A stretch of DNA of 41,619 nucleotides, taken from IMG/VR virus record IMGVR_UViG_3300030372_004873, positions 1 to 41,619 of that record, one strand, 5' to 3'. This document shows positions 26,152 to 36,327 of this stretch, one piece after another. Under the pieces are notes generated by a model. It made no database searches, was not told where the DNA came from, and was given only the letters and a program-made list of their open reading frames with translations. Source of the DNA: a virus (lineage: Duplodnaviria; Caudoviricetes). How positions within the stretch are numbered: position 1 is the stretch's first letter; each line of letters opens with the position of its first letter. The position numbers were made by a program, and so were the translations under genes.

Positions 26152-27265
26152 CCGTAACCTCCAATATAGTTGTTGCTATGTGATAAGGTATTTGTGGTAC
26201 GACAGCGTTACCTAAGGCTTTAAGTCGGTGTGTCCTGTCGGGTACCCCATCAGCCACTCTACCCACGTCGGGTTCAATGTCCCACCAGTTTCGGTTTGGC
26301 TCTTCATGGCAACTCTTTCCTCTAAATTCCCCTTGGCCCTTCCTCGACTTTTTATCGTCGATGTTTTCTCTGCCATTGCTTTTGATGCTCGAGGTGTTGG
26401 CCCTATCTGTTGTTTGCCTTCCACTAATTCTCTCAGTCCTCGACCATAACCTTTTGTTGTCCTCCCTGGTTCTTTTACTCTCGGTGTCGGCCACAGGCGT
26501 GGCTCCTTCACTTGGTCCTGGAGACGTATCTGTATTTGTTGACCACTCGGTCTTTTCAGATGTCCCTCGTCCAAGGCTTTCTTTATTCCTGGTAAATTGC
26601 TCCCCCCAGCTGCGGCGTCTGGCGTCCTCCACATTGGCATGTTCGTTACCGGTTTTCCATACTGTACTTGTTCCGCTAGATTGCCTGGTGGTACTGTTGT
26701 CCTTCCTATACTCTCTCGATATTTTTTTCTCTTCTCCATCGCCTCTTTGCTCCTTGTTGAAATCGCAGTTGCGCTGGGAGTAAGCCACTGTCCAGATTCT
26801 TTCCCTTTGGTGGTTGGCACCGATGCTCGCAGCTGAAATACTAAACGTTCTGAAGGTGTAACCTTCACTCTCCAAGTCCTGGTGTACGGTGTCGAGACCG
26901 AGTTTAATGTGTCCACTAACATTTTCTCCAATAACCCAAGTTGGTCTGCATTCTTTGATAAGTCTAAAATACTCTGGCCAGAGATGTCTTGGATCTTTTT
27001 CACCTTTTTTAAGTCCAGCGATACTGAACGGTTGGCATGGATAACCCCCTGTGATAATGTCGATAGATTCAATTCCATCTGCTTTGAGTTTTTCATATGT
27101 TAGCTCCTTTATATCATTATATACTGGTACAGTAGGCCAGTTTTTATTTAAAACTTTTGTACAGAAACTATCTATCTCACAAAAGGCTACTGTTTTAATT
27201 CTTTTTGTGGCTTCTAAACCTAAGGAAAATCCCCCTATGCCACTAAATAAATCTAAATGGTTCAT
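26144..27265 (-). CDS. DNA cytosine-C5 methyltransferase, alpha polypeptide
   Basis: Motif I DLFSGIGG, IV GGYPCQPFS, VI ENV, VIII QRER and X LGNAVVP; no motif IX in this frame. Confidence 0.92.
   Translation of the reverse strand: MNHLDLFSGIGGFSLGLEATKRIKTVAFCEIDSFCTKVLNKNWPTVPVYNDIKELTYEKLKADGIESIDIITGGYPCQPFSIAGLKKGEKDPRHLWPEYFRLIKECRPTWVIGENVSGHIKLGLDTVHQDLESEGYTFRTFSISAASIGANHQRERIWTVAYSQRNCDFNKEQRGDGEEKKISREYRKDNSTTRQSSGTSTVWKTGNEHANVEDARRRSWGEQFTRNKESLGRGTSEKTEWSTNTDTSPGPSEGATPVADTESKRTREDNKRLWSRTERISGRQTTDRANTSSIKSNGRENIDDKKSRKGQGEFRGKSCHEEPNRNWWDIEPDVGRVADGVPDRTHRLKALGNAVVPQIPYHIATTILEVTDA
26212..27096 (-). CDS. nested +1-frame gene: C5 methyltransferase beta polypeptide (TRD-like modules plus motif IX)
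   Basis: 294 aa wholly inside the alpha gene; SD AAGGAG 7 nt before the ATG; four [W/G]xTP...LxxxV modules; ends LNPTWVEWLMGYPTGHT. Confidence 0.8.
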   Translation of the reverse strand: MKNSKQMELNLSTLSQGVIHANRSVSLDLKKVKKIQDISGQSILDLSKNADQLGLLEKMLVDTLNSVSTPYTRTWRVKVTPSERLVFQLRASVPTTKGKESGQWLTPSATAISTRSKEAMEKRKKYRESIGRTTVPPGNLAEQVQYGKPVTNMPMWRTPDAAAGGSNLPGIKKALDEGHLKRPSGQQIQIRLQDQVKEPRLWPTPRVKEPGRTTKGYGRGLRELVEGKQQIGPTPRASKAMAEKTSTIKSRGRAKGNLEERVAMKSQTETGGTLNPTWVEWLMGYPTGHTDLKP

Positions 27266-28791
27266 TAATATGGATCCTCCTCACTAAAATCTTTTTCACT
27301 TAATTTATATTGAGTGTCTAAAACAGACACAGGTACTTTCCAACAATGCTCTGGTTTGTTATTTACTTTTAATTTAGCAGTGGCACCTTGAAACTCAGAA
27401 AATATTTTGTATTGATGTGAATCAGACATCTTAGTAAATCTTTTTGTTTTTAAAAAATCTCTAAAGGATTGTGGCTTAAAAAAGAAATAAGTTTCATGTT
27501 CATAAACCATTCCTTGCAACACATCTTGTCTATCTTTTGCTCCTCTATTGTTTTCTAAAAATATTTGTAATTGACTTAGGAATTGACCTTTAGCTGTTAC
27601 TTCTCCTGGTAATTGAATATAATCTCCCTCACCCATTCCTTTTAAAAGATTATCAACCATATCTGCCCAAATAGCAGGAGCCATGGGCCGTGGGCTTTCA
27701 TTCGCTTGCGCTATACACGCTTTTCTATATTCAGCATGACTAGCTAATTGATCAACTGTTAAGATAATAACTTTTCCATTATGAGTTAATTCATACATAG
27801 GATTATCTGACACCCATTTTTTTAAACTGGTAATATCATTCGACGCAGAATTACCCACACCAAATTTCTGTGATTGACATTTTATTTTTTCACACACCGA
27901 TTTAAAAGTAGGTTCTTCACAACGATAAAAATATTTTTTATCTTCAACCTGTTTAAATATAGTTAGTACTTCTCTACTTGGTAAAGGAGGATTAAAATAT
28001 TTGGTGTTATAATGATCTAATTTTTCTTCTAACTTTTCAGGAAATCTGTTGCGTAAATAAATGCCTAATTGAAATAAACACTGGTTCCGTGAGCCTTCAG
28101 CAAAACCTTGGGAAGCAAGTGTAATTAAACACGGAGGAGCTCCTTTAAAATCATCATTCTTTTTTTCAGTAACTGGTTTATCGATAACCACGTTGCTTAA
28201 TTGCGATACCACTTTCGTTTCATAATGCTTTATAAACATCTTTAATTCAATCAATGCATTACCTTCATCATCTAACGCATAACGTGTCGGAAACTCTGGA
28301 TGATTATATGGTAAATTTAAAAAGTTACCTGTCCCTTTTGAGTTCAATTCAATTTGTTTTGGAAATATCTCACTCTCACCGTAGCCTAACCATGCAGCTA
28401 TCTCTGTTAATTTTATTTGCATGTCTTTGGCAGTGGCTGGTTCTCTTACAAATAAAAATACATGAGCGCCCCCACTCTTTGACTTACATACAACTAACGG
28501 GAGTTTCTTTTCAACGATTTTGGTAATTAATTTTTTATGATCAAAACCATCATAAGTATCAATATCTATTGCACCCCAGGTACAAGTATTGTCATCACGA
28601 ATAGGAATAATACCAAGAGAAGGCTCCTTACCTTCTAAGTGATCATGCCATTTTTCTTTTGTTAAATTTTCTTTTTCAATCCAAGATTTAGCTTCGAGTT
28701 TACCTGACTCATTTTTTGAACGACTTTGCGTTTGGCCGTAGGCTCTATCTAAACCACTAAATATCTGTATAAATTTTTCTTTGTCGTCCAT
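27265..28791 (-). CDS. primase (AEP/primase-polymerase type with PriCT-like domain)
   Basis: GAIDID and KSKSGGAHVFLF catalytic motifs; PPCL...EGSRNQCLF...PPLPSREV. Confidence 0.85.
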   Translation of the reverse strand: MDDKEKFIQIFSGLDRAYGQTQSRSKNESGKLEAKSWIEKENLTKEKWHDHLEGKEPSLGIIPIRDDNTCTWGAIDIDTYDGFDHKKLITKIVEKKLPLVVCKSKSGGAHVFLFVREPATAKDMQIKLTEIAAWLGYGESEIFPKQIELNSKGTGNFLNLPYNHPEFPTRYALDDEGNALIELKMFIKHYETKVVSQLSNVVIDKPVTEKKNDDFKGAPPCLITLASQGFAEGSRNQCLFQLGIYLRNRFPEKLEEKLDHYNTKYFNPPLPSREVLTIFKQVEDKKYFYRCEEPTFKSVCEKIKCQSQKFGVGNSASNDITSLKKWVSDNPMYELTHNGKVIILTVDQLASHAEYRKACIAQANESPRPMAPAIWADMVDNLLKGMGEGDYIQLPGEVTAKGQFLSQLQIFLENNRGAKDRQDVLQGMVYEHETYFFFKPQSFRDFLKTKRFTKMSDSHQYKIFSEFQGATAKLKVNNKPEHCWKVPVSVLDTQYKLSEKDFSEEDPY

Positions 28792-28811
28792 AAATCTTTC
28801 TCATTCATATT

Positions 28812-28841
28812 TAAAGGGGCAACGGCGGTCGCCCCTTTTTT
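28812..28841. terminator. intrinsic terminator-like hairpin between the SSB and primase genes
   Basis: AAAGGGGC...GCCCCTTT stem with T-runs on both strands. Confidence 0.65.
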
Positions 28842-28851
28842 AAAAGTTTTT

Positions 28852-29634
28852 TTAATAGGGTGCTTTTTCACCGCTGTCAATGTTTTCATCTTCATGCTTA
28901 ACTTTTATTTCGCCTTTAGCAACGCTCTCGGCAAAAGCTTTAGCTGCATGATAGGTATCCACATCTTCAACAGGACCAACCCTGGTAATATCCCATCCAA
29001 ACCATTCACCTAAATTGTTAGACTCAGCTATCGTTTTAAGCAGGTAAACATGAGAATATGAAGGAGGGGTAAATAACCCATTAGCTCCTTTCATTTTAAG
29101 CCCCAACATAAGAGAATTCCATCTTTTAGATTTCTTACGTTGGGTGCTTTTCATAGCCACAAGAACCTGGGAGGAAGTTCCATCCTGGCTAATGACCAAA
29201 CAATAATGATTTGCAGTGTCTTCGATATAATTGCCATTAGCAAGTCTATCCTTCTTCTGATCATCACGAGTTGTTTTGGAAAGTATATCACTTTCAGCAG
29301 GGTAGATATTAACGGGAGCACCACTGCCCTCGCCTCTTTCTGCCCATTCAATATATTGACGTTGGTAGGCACAAGGAATTACTTTCACTCCTGCTTCTCC
29401 ATCATATATTTCTTTTGTAAGCGTGTTGTAGATCATTCCACTTTCCGCTCCCTCTATATATAGAGGATCTCTTTTCTTTATCTGTGGTGATGTATCACTC
29501 AGTATACGAAGAAAAGGAATTGCAAGATCGTCCATACCCAAATTACCTAATCCTTCATTTGCATCTTTTTCAAAAATGCTAGGATCAAAAGTAACTACGT
29601 TATTTTCGTCTTTTTTCTTTACAGCGTTTGCCAT
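28852..29634 (-). CDS. single-stranded DNA-binding protein (putative)
   Basis: 260 aa, aromatic-rich, MKSTQRKKSKRWNS motif, acidic tail ending PY; replication module. Confidence 0.65.
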   Translation of the reverse strand: MANAVKKKDENNVVTFDPSIFEKDANEGLGNLGMDDLAIPFLRILSDTSPQIKKRDPLYIEGAESGMIYNTLTKEIYDGEAGVKVIPCAYQRQYIEWAERGEGSGAPVNIYPAESDILSKTTRDDQKKDRLANGNYIEDTANHYCLVISQDGTSSQVLVAMKSTQRKKSKRWNSLMLGLKMKGANGLFTPPSYSHVYLLKTIAESNNLGEWFGWDITRVGPVEDVDTYHAAKAFAESVAKGEIKVKHEDENIDSGEKAPY

Positions 29635-29643
29635 ATTTACTCC

Positions 29644-30204
29644 TTATTTTTTCTTGGTTATTTTAGTCTTCTGTCCGATAAACAAACTAAACGTATTGTC
29701 TGGGACAGATAATTTTCCCTCTTCATGCAACTTTTTTATGGTTGCTTTCAGTGTCGAAGGATGCACTGAAACTTTTACTTCAGGAATGAGACCCATTTCT
29801 TTAATGGTTTCTTGCAATTGTGTTGCCATATTACCCTCACCCTTACCGAAACTTATACCAACACTATTTTTAATAATGTCTCCTAATCCGTTATCTTCTA
29901 ACCACTCATAGCACGCCGCTGATTTCTGCGGATCTTTAGGAATAGAAACATAAATATCTTCAACCACTTCTACTTTAGAACCGTCATACATAGTAGTAGA
30001 TGTCATTCCTAATTCTGCCATTTTTTCCGGAATAGTTTCTCCAGATAATTTTCTTAATTTTTCTTTATACTCTTTTAATAAACCTTCATAATCTTCAATA
30101 CTAGCCTCTAATGCTAATTGTTTTCTCAATAATTCTGCTACTGACTCTAAGCCAGTTTGTTCTACATTCGCTACTGCGTCGCCCTCAAAGTTTATCTTGC
30201 TCAT
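29644..30204 (-). CDS. conserved replication-module protein
   Basis: WLEDNGLGDIIKN and VHPSTLKA motifs; SD before MSKINF. Confidence 0.75.
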   Translation of the reverse strand: MSKINFEGDAVANVEQTGLESVAELLRKQLALEASIEDYEGLLKEYKEKLRKLSGETIPEKMAELGMTSTTMYDGSKVEVVEDIYVSIPKDPQKSAACYEWLEDNGLGDIIKNSVGISFGKGEGNMATQLQETIKEMGLIPEVKVSVHPSTLKATIKKLHEEGKLSVPDNTFSLFIGQKTKITKKK

Positions 30205-30556
30205 CAATTTCGCCTTTCTCGTTAATATTAACACTTACAGAATAATATCTTTTTTGAATTTTATCCCATTTAAGTATTTTAAATTTACCTCTATTCATAT
30301 CAGATGCTATACAGCATGCAATACCCATTGCAGCTGGATCACCCATCATTAAAAGATGGTCATTATCATCAAAATCTTTCAGTTTTCTGCGAAGTTTTTT
30401 TATCGCTGGCTGTGGACTAAACATAATTTGTTGACCACTTTCAAACAAAACAACAATATCCCCATACTCTTCTGCACTTAAAACATTAATATAAGGATTT
30501 TCTTGAATCAGAAAAACTGTAGGTTTTTTATCTTCTTTTTCTTTTTTAAATTCCAT
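30185..30556 (-). CDS. conserved hypothetical protein (alpha/beta)
   Basis: 123 aa; AEEYG, DHLLMMGDP and LKWDK motifs. Confidence 0.75.
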   Translation of the reverse strand: MEFKKEKEDKKPTVFLIQENPYINVLSAEEYGDIVVLFESGQQIMFSPQPAIKKLRRKLKDFDDNDHLLMMGDPAAMGIACCIASDMNRGKFKILKWDKIQKRYYSVSVNINEKGEIDEQDKL

Positions 30557-30579
30557 CTTTCTGTTTTTCCCTTTACCTC

Positions 30580-30608
30580 TTGTATTTTAGTTAATCAAGT
30601 ATTATATT
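30580..30608 (+). promoter_or_regulatory. promoter of the SNF2 helicase gene (divergent region)
   Basis: TTGTAT-17-TATATT. Confidence 0.5.
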
Positions 30609-30627
30609 GCATTTTTAGAAAGTTATT

Positions 30628-32067
30628 ATGAACTATAGATTTAAAACGAAACCTTTTCAACATCAATTAGAGGCGTTGGAAAAAAGCTGGAATAAGGAAG
30701 TTTGGGCTTTATTTATGGAGATGGGTACTGGTAAAACCAAAGTATGCATTGATAATATTGCTATTTTATATGATAAAGGCAAAATAAACTCTGCTATTAT
30801 TATTGTACCTAATGGTATTAAACGTAATTGGCGCAATGAATTAAAAATTCATCTCCCAGATCATATTAATTATCGGGTAGCAGTATGGTCGGCTTCTCCT
30901 AAAAAAGAAGAAAAAAAAGAACTTGATCAGTTGTCCGTGATTACTGATGACTTAACCATTTTTATTATAAATATTGAAGCTTTATCAACGACAAGAGGAT
31001 TTGAATTTGCTCGTAGTTTTTTATTGCGTAATGCTTCATTAGCCTGTGTAGATGAATCAACCACAATTAAAAATCATAATGCTAAAAGAACAAAAAATAT
31101 TTTAAAACTTAGGGATTTGGCAAAGTATAAAAGAATAATGACAGGATCCCCTGTTACTAAATCTCCTTTAGATTTATTTTCACAGATACAATTTCTTGAT
31201 CCTTATCTTATTGATCAACAAAGTTATTATAGTTTTCGTGCCAGGTACGCTGTTATTGTTCAGCGGTCCGTGGGTACTCATTCATTTCAACATATTATTA
31301 GGTATCAACGCTTAGACGAACTACAGGAAAAAATTCAACATTTTTCTACTCGAGTATTAAAAAGTGAATGTTTAGATTTACCACCAAAACTTTATACTAA
31401 ACGAGTGGTATCGATGACACCTGAACAATTAAAAGCGTATGTAGAGATGAAAAAATCTGCTTTAACTTTTTTAGAAGATAATAAAATGATGACAGCAGCT
31501 ACTGTGTTAACACAATTAATTAGATTACATCAAATAACATGTGGTCATGTTAAAACAGACGATGGTGAAATTAAAGCGATTAAAAACAATAGAATACAAG
31601 AATTATTAAATGTTTTAGAAGAAACTCGAGGTAAAGTAATTATCTGGGCAGTATATCGCCACGATATACAAGAAATAGAAAAAGTAATAGGAGAAATATA
31701 TGGTAAAGAATCTGTGGCTACATATTATGGTGATACGAAAGATTCTGATCGTCAGCATATTGTGGATCGTTTTCAAAGTTCTGGTGACAATCTCCGATTT
31801 TTTGTCGGAAATCCCAAAACAGGAGGATATGGTCTTACTCTTACTTCTAGTCACACTGTTGTTTATTTTTCAAATGACTACAGTTTAGAGGTAAGAATGC
31901 AATCAGAAGATAGAGCTCATCGCATAGGGCAGACAAGTAAGGTTACTTATGTGGATTTAATGGCTGAACATACAATTGATGAAAAAATTGTGAAAGCTTT
32001 AAATGCTAAGATAGATCTGGCTAGTCAAGTAATGGGAGAAGACCCTAAAAAAATATTATTCAGCTAA
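30628..32067 (+). CDS. SNF2-family (superfamily 2) helicase
   Basis: EMGTGKT, DEST, TGSP, GGYGLTLT and QSEDRAHRIGQ. Confidence 0.93.
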   Translation: MNYRFKTKPFQHQLEALEKSWNKEVWALFMEMGTGKTKVCIDNIAILYDKGKINSAIIIVPNGIKRNWRNELKIHLPDHINYRVAVWSASPKKEEKKELDQLSVITDDLTIFIINIEALSTTRGFEFARSFLLRNASLACVDESTTIKNHNAKRTKNILKLRDLAKYKRIMTGSPVTKSPLDLFSQIQFLDPYLIDQQSYYSFRARYAVIVQRSVGTHSFQHIIRYQRLDELQEKIQHFSTRVLKSECLDLPPKLYTKRVVSMTPEQLKAYVEMKKSALTFLEDNKMMTAATVLTQLIRLHQITCGHVKTDDGEIKAIKNNRIQELLNVLEETRGKVIIWAVYRHDIQEIEKVIGEIYGKESVATYYGDTKDSDRQHIVDRFQSSGDNLRFFVGNPKTGGYGLTLTSSHTVVYFSNDYSLEVRMQSEDRAHRIGQTSKVTYVDLMAEHTIDEKIVKALNAKIDLASQVMGEDPKKILFS

Positions 32068-32265
32068 TGCTTGTTCGAGAAGTACTTCGAGTCTTATCAC
32101 CCGTTCTTTTATTTCTGGTATATCTTGCAATATTATCATCTCTAGTTGCGATTGTTTTGTTTCAAGTGCTTTTACTTTTTGGGACAGCATGCCATACACG
32201 CTCCCAGCACTTACTAAAATCATTGCAAACCAAACTACGTTCCTTAAATTAAAATCTTTATCCAT
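32056..32265 (-). CDS. small membrane/coiled-coil protein
   Basis: 69 aa; hydrophobic helix followed by a coiled-coil. Confidence 0.65.
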   Translation of the reverse strand: MDKDFNLRNVVWFAMILVSAGSVYGMLSQKVKALETKQSQLEMIILQDIPEIKERVIRLEVLLEQALAE

Positions 32266-33499
32266 AATGCGAATCCGCTATAGCTTTTAATTTTTGATAA
32301 GTAGTCATGGGTTTTCCTCCTCCTGCATAACCCATCATTCCTGGTGCCATTTGTTCAAATTGAAGGTTTTTCATAATACGATCATCAATATTATCACTTG
32401 CTGATAATGATTGTGTATTTAAATTTTGATTAGGAAAACTTCTCATATAACCACCATTGGCTTGTTCTACAGGTAGATTTTCTATAATACCTGTTTCAAT
32501 CATATCTTGTGTTATAGGGTTTTCTGCTAAATAAGCTTCAGGGTTAAATACGTTAAAATTTTTTCCTGGAACAGCTCCAAACGTAGTGGTTCCTGGGTTG
32601 TTCATAATTTGATTTTTTAGCTCTGTAGTATTATAATCTGTTTCTGAAACATCTTCTATTTGAGAACCTAAAGTTTTACCTCCAATTAGGTCTGCATTAA
32701 TTAATGTGTCGTTTATTTGTTCTTCAGAGTTGGTTATTGGGTCTTCTATGTATCGGTTTGGGTTAGAAGCAAAACTTTCTCCAACCGCAATATTTGGATC
32801 AGATCCTTCACTTTCAAATAAATCTTCTACAGTAACCCTAGTAGGTTCTTGAAATCCAGACGCTAATTGATTTCTTAAATTTTTTTCTTGTAATAATCTA
32901 ATGTTATCTTTGTACCCCATAATTCCAGCTTGATTTTTTTTCCACCAATTCATCGCTTGTTCATTAGCTTTCTTCTGAGCTAATTCATTTAAATCTTCTC
33001 TTTCTCCTTTAATAATATCTAATAATTTATCTTGACCTGCTCCTAAAATCCCTTCTCCTTTTTCTTTTAAACCAGATAAAAGTCTTCCTAAGACTGTTCC
33101 TTTTTCAAAAAATTCTCCAATACCTTTAGCCATTTTAATAAAAGGATTTGGATATTTTTCTTTAAAAGCTGCAAGACCACCTGGGGTGCTTTTAATTTTT
33201 TCCATTTCTATTTGATACATGTTTCTGCCACTACCATCATTAGCAGGAATATTAACAAGTTTATCTTTATTATCTAATAAAGCTTCTAATCCATATTTAT
33301 CTGCGGGTACTACAACACGTCTATTTGCTTCATCATCTCTTGCTGCATCTCCAGACGCAGCACGATCTCTACCCGTTTTTTTTTCTTGATTAGTTCTTGT
33401 TGGTTTATTAGTGCGTGAATCAATACCTTTTGATCTAGCTTTCGCTACACTTTTTTTAAATTGTGTTTGTAAAGCGCTTGATCTATCTCCTTGAGCCAT
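32258..33499 (-). CDS. probable internal virion/ejection protein
   Basis: 413 aa in a coupled late operon; two C-terminal GG motifs. Confidence 0.55.
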   Translation of the reverse strand: MAQGDRSSALQTQFKKSVAKARSKGIDSRTNKPTRTNQEKKTGRDRAASGDAARDDEANRRVVVPADKYGLEALLDNKDKLVNIPANDGSGRNMYQIEMEKIKSTPGGLAAFKEKYPNPFIKMAKGIGEFFEKGTVLGRLLSGLKEKGEGILGAGQDKLLDIIKGEREDLNELAQKKANEQAMNWWKKNQAGIMGYKDNIRLLQEKNLRNQLASGFQEPTRVTVEDLFESEGSDPNIAVGESFASNPNRYIEDPITNSEEQINDTLINADLIGGKTLGSQIEDVSETDYNTTELKNQIMNNPGTTTFGAVPGKNFNVFNPEAYLAENPITQDMIETGIIENLPVEQANGGYMRSFPNQNLNTQSLSASDNIDDRIMKNLQFEQMAPGMMGYAGGGKPMTTYQKLKAIADSHYG

Positions 33500-36327
33500 T
33501 ATACTCTCCTATTTCCTAAAGCAATGGCTTCATCGAGATTATTACCCGCTAAGGCTATTCTTTGGGCTTCATTTAAATCAGAAGGAGCGTTTTCTCCCAT
33601 GCCTACTCCTGACGCTGCAATAGCTTGATTCATATTATCAAAATCAACATCTAAAAATGGATCTTGAGATGTAGTTGGTAAATCTCCAGTAGGAATATCT
33701 ACTTGAGTTGACGCTACCTCATTTATATTTTCAATAGCACCATCTGCTCCCATACTAAAAACATTTTTATCCGTAGCTTTACTAATTTCTACATCGGTAA
33801 TTTTTCCATCATCATTTACATCTAATATCATTTGTTCACTACCTGGATACCCAACATCATTATTACTTGCAAAAATCATTAACTTCATTACATCAACAGG
33901 ATTAGTTGGATCATAATTTTCAATTATTTCAGGTGGAACATTTTGATTGTTTTTTTCATTATCAAATAACATTGATCCTAATCTTAACATTGCATTATTT
34001 TTAGCTAAAGTGCTTAACTCAGGATTCATTACTGTTTGTAAACTTTTTAAAAATTTAGGATCTCCCATTTTACTCATACCATAACGAGTTAACATCATTA
34101 GTCCTACATTTTGAAAAGGATTAGCTGCAATCATTCCCCCTGTTGCAATATTAGCAACAGCATTAACACCACCTAAAAAACCACGACGTTTAACAAATTC
34201 CGAAACATTACCAAAATCTACTTGTTCTACTTGTTTAGCCAGCTCTAACGTTTCTTTTAAATCTTTGTAAGCTTGTTCACCAAAAATTTGTTTTAAACTT
34301 TCTACTCTATTAGGATTAGTAATACCAAAAACTTCTTCCATTTTTTTAACATCAATAATTGGCACATTAAAATCAACTTTTTTAACAGTTTGTTTGGCTG
34401 GATCACCAGTTATAAAAGAAGTTATTTTTCCTCTTAAAGAAGGATCTCCTTTAATAGGAATTTTTCCACTAACATAACTTATGGAAGATTGAACTTGATC
34501 GTTAAGATATGAACGAGCAAGTGCATTTACAGCATCTTTTCCTAAGACTTCTTGCATTTCTTTAATAGCCAAAGGAGCCATTACTGTATCATCATTCATT
34601 AAAATTTTAGTTAGCATGTCTGGAGTGTAAAAACCTGGTTCCACATCTCCTGTTGCTTTCGTAATATTTTTATCAGCCATTTTTAAAATTTGAGAAGTTC
34701 TTCCTTTTAATTTATCAAAGTTACCAAAAAAGAAATCATTAGCTAGCAGCATCCCTGCTCCATATTCTTTTTTTAATGCATCTTTTGCAGGATCATTTAA
34801 CACTTTATAAGCGTCTACATCGTTTAAAATTTCAATCATTGTTTTAGTCATGTCATCAACACCACCCATATCAACACCTAAAGATTTTTCTGCTGCAGCA
34901 AATTTCTTTAAATCATTTAGTTGACGTTGAAGTTTACTAAATTGACGAGCGGTTATATATTCGTCTTTTAATCCTGCAAGAGACATTATAGCAGTTCTAA
35001 ATTCTTCAGCATTCCCTGTAAATTTTCCTATAATTTCATCAAAATTTTGGTTTCCATACCCTCTTGGGTCGGAAATTAAAAGAGCTCCTTCATCCGCAGC
35101 TCCTGCAAGTCCTTTAGGTCCGTATACAAATTCTTGAATTGCCATTGCTTGATCTTTTAATCTTTTTGTAGGAATAAAAGGCTCATTAATTTTGTCTCCT
35201 ATTGCCATTGCACGTTGGTAAAGCAATGTTTTAGTGCCAGCAAACTTTGTCACCATTTTTTTAAATTCTTTATTGGCTAATAAACCTGATTCTGAAAATA
35301 ATGAAATAGGAGAAAGATCATTTAGTGTTTTATTAATATTTTCTGCTATGGCTACTCGTTGAATATTTTGTGCTTGTTTTGCTCCTGTAGCTACAAAAGG
35401 AAATAATCCTACAACTCTTCCTGTTCCTGTAACAAAACCCGATTTAGTTACAGAATATACATTCATTGGAATGTTTTGGTCTTCTCCCATTTTGGCTAAT
35501 TTTTTAGCTTCATCTCCTCCTACACCAAATACTCTTTTTCCTAAAAAAGGTTTTATATAAGGCCAAATATGTTGAAGTCCCATTGCTCCTCCAGAAAACA
35601 ATAGTTCATTTCGCATATCTAATAATTCTCTTAATTGTTGATCGTTTTCTACAGCAGCATCGGGATCAGGAAGACCTTGAAAAAAACGCATTGAATCATT
35701 AATTAATTCATACACTTCGTTTCCTGCCCCTTTACCTATTGCACCTGCTCCTAAAATTGCCAGTCCTGCTTTAGTTTTAGATTTTTTTAAGTTATTTAAA
35801 ATAGACTGAGTTAAACGTAAATTTCTATTTCCATTAGGAATTCCTGATTCATATAATAATCCTGCCGCAGCAACATCGGCACCCATAGCAGCAATGTCCG
35901 TGGTTCGTGATTTAGGATCATCGCCTGCAAACATTCTTATTCCATAATTTTTTAAACCTTCACCAATTTTACCTGGTTCAAAAGGTTCTCCTCCTGGAAG
36001 AATATCTCCAAATTCTCCAACTGCTGTCATTAGACCTGGAGCGTCTGGTTGCATTGCTTTTTCTTTAGCCTTTAGCATTGTATAACCAAGAGGATCATTT
36101 ATTTTATCTATTCTATCTTTAACAAGTTGTTCAACACCTGTAATTTGTTCGGATATTCCAGACCCTGCTAATTTTCCTACAATTCTTTCAATAGCTTCTA
36201 CTTCTTTAGTATTACGAGGAAACTCTTCTGGACCTTTCCCATTAATTAAAGGAGGTACATTTAATGTAACCGTTTGATCTATGCCATACGATTGTAAACT
36301 AAAAGGAATTGGAACTAAATCAGCCAT
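33499..36327 (-). CDS. large internal virion (ejection) protein
   Basis: 942 aa helical protein with Gly/Ala hydrophobic stretches; third in a small-medium-large series as in podovirus ejection genes. Confidence 0.6.
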   Translation of the reverse strand: MADLVPIPFSLQSYGIDQTVTLNVPPLINGKGPEEFPRNTKEVEAIERIVGKLAGSGISEQITGVEQLVKDRIDKINDPLGYTMLKAKEKAMQPDAPGLMTAVGEFGDILPGGEPFEPGKIGEGLKNYGIRMFAGDDPKSRTTDIAAMGADVAAAGLLYESGIPNGNRNLRLTQSILNNLKKSKTKAGLAILGAGAIGKGAGNEVYELINDSMRFFQGLPDPDAAVENDQQLRELLDMRNELLFSGGAMGLQHIWPYIKPFLGKRVFGVGGDEAKKLAKMGEDQNIPMNVYSVTKSGFVTGTGRVVGLFPFVATGAKQAQNIQRVAIAENINKTLNDLSPISLFSESGLLANKEFKKMVTKFAGTKTLLYQRAMAIGDKINEPFIPTKRLKDQAMAIQEFVYGPKGLAGAADEGALLISDPRGYGNQNFDEIIGKFTGNAEEFRTAIMSLAGLKDEYITARQFSKLQRQLNDLKKFAAAEKSLGVDMGGVDDMTKTMIEILNDVDAYKVLNDPAKDALKKEYGAGMLLANDFFFGNFDKLKGRTSQILKMADKNITKATGDVEPGFYTPDMLTKILMNDDTVMAPLAIKEMQEVLGKDAVNALARSYLNDQVQSSISYVSGKIPIKGDPSLRGKITSFITGDPAKQTVKKVDFNVPIIDVKKMEEVFGITNPNRVESLKQIFGEQAYKDLKETLELAKQVEQVDFGNVSEFVKRRGFLGGVNAVANIATGGMIAANPFQNVGLMMLTRYGMSKMGDPKFLKSLQTVMNPELSTLAKNNAMLRLGSMLFDNEKNNQNVPPEIIENYDPTNPVDVMKLMIFASNNDVGYPGSEQMILDVNDDGKITDVEISKATDKNVFSMGADGAIENINEVASTQVDIPTGDLPTTSQDPFLDVDFDNMNQAIAASGVGMGENAPSDLNEAQRIALAGNNLDEAIALGNRRV

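Noticed and set aside
26144-27265. Methyltransferase as a frameshifted pseudogene or intein-containing gene
   Set aside because: Both frames are intact, the inner frame has its own SD, and there are no intein terminal motifs
26228-27287. Plus-strand ORFs antisense to the methyltransferase
   Set aside because: No SD or recognisable motifs; expected from the higher GC of a dual-coding region
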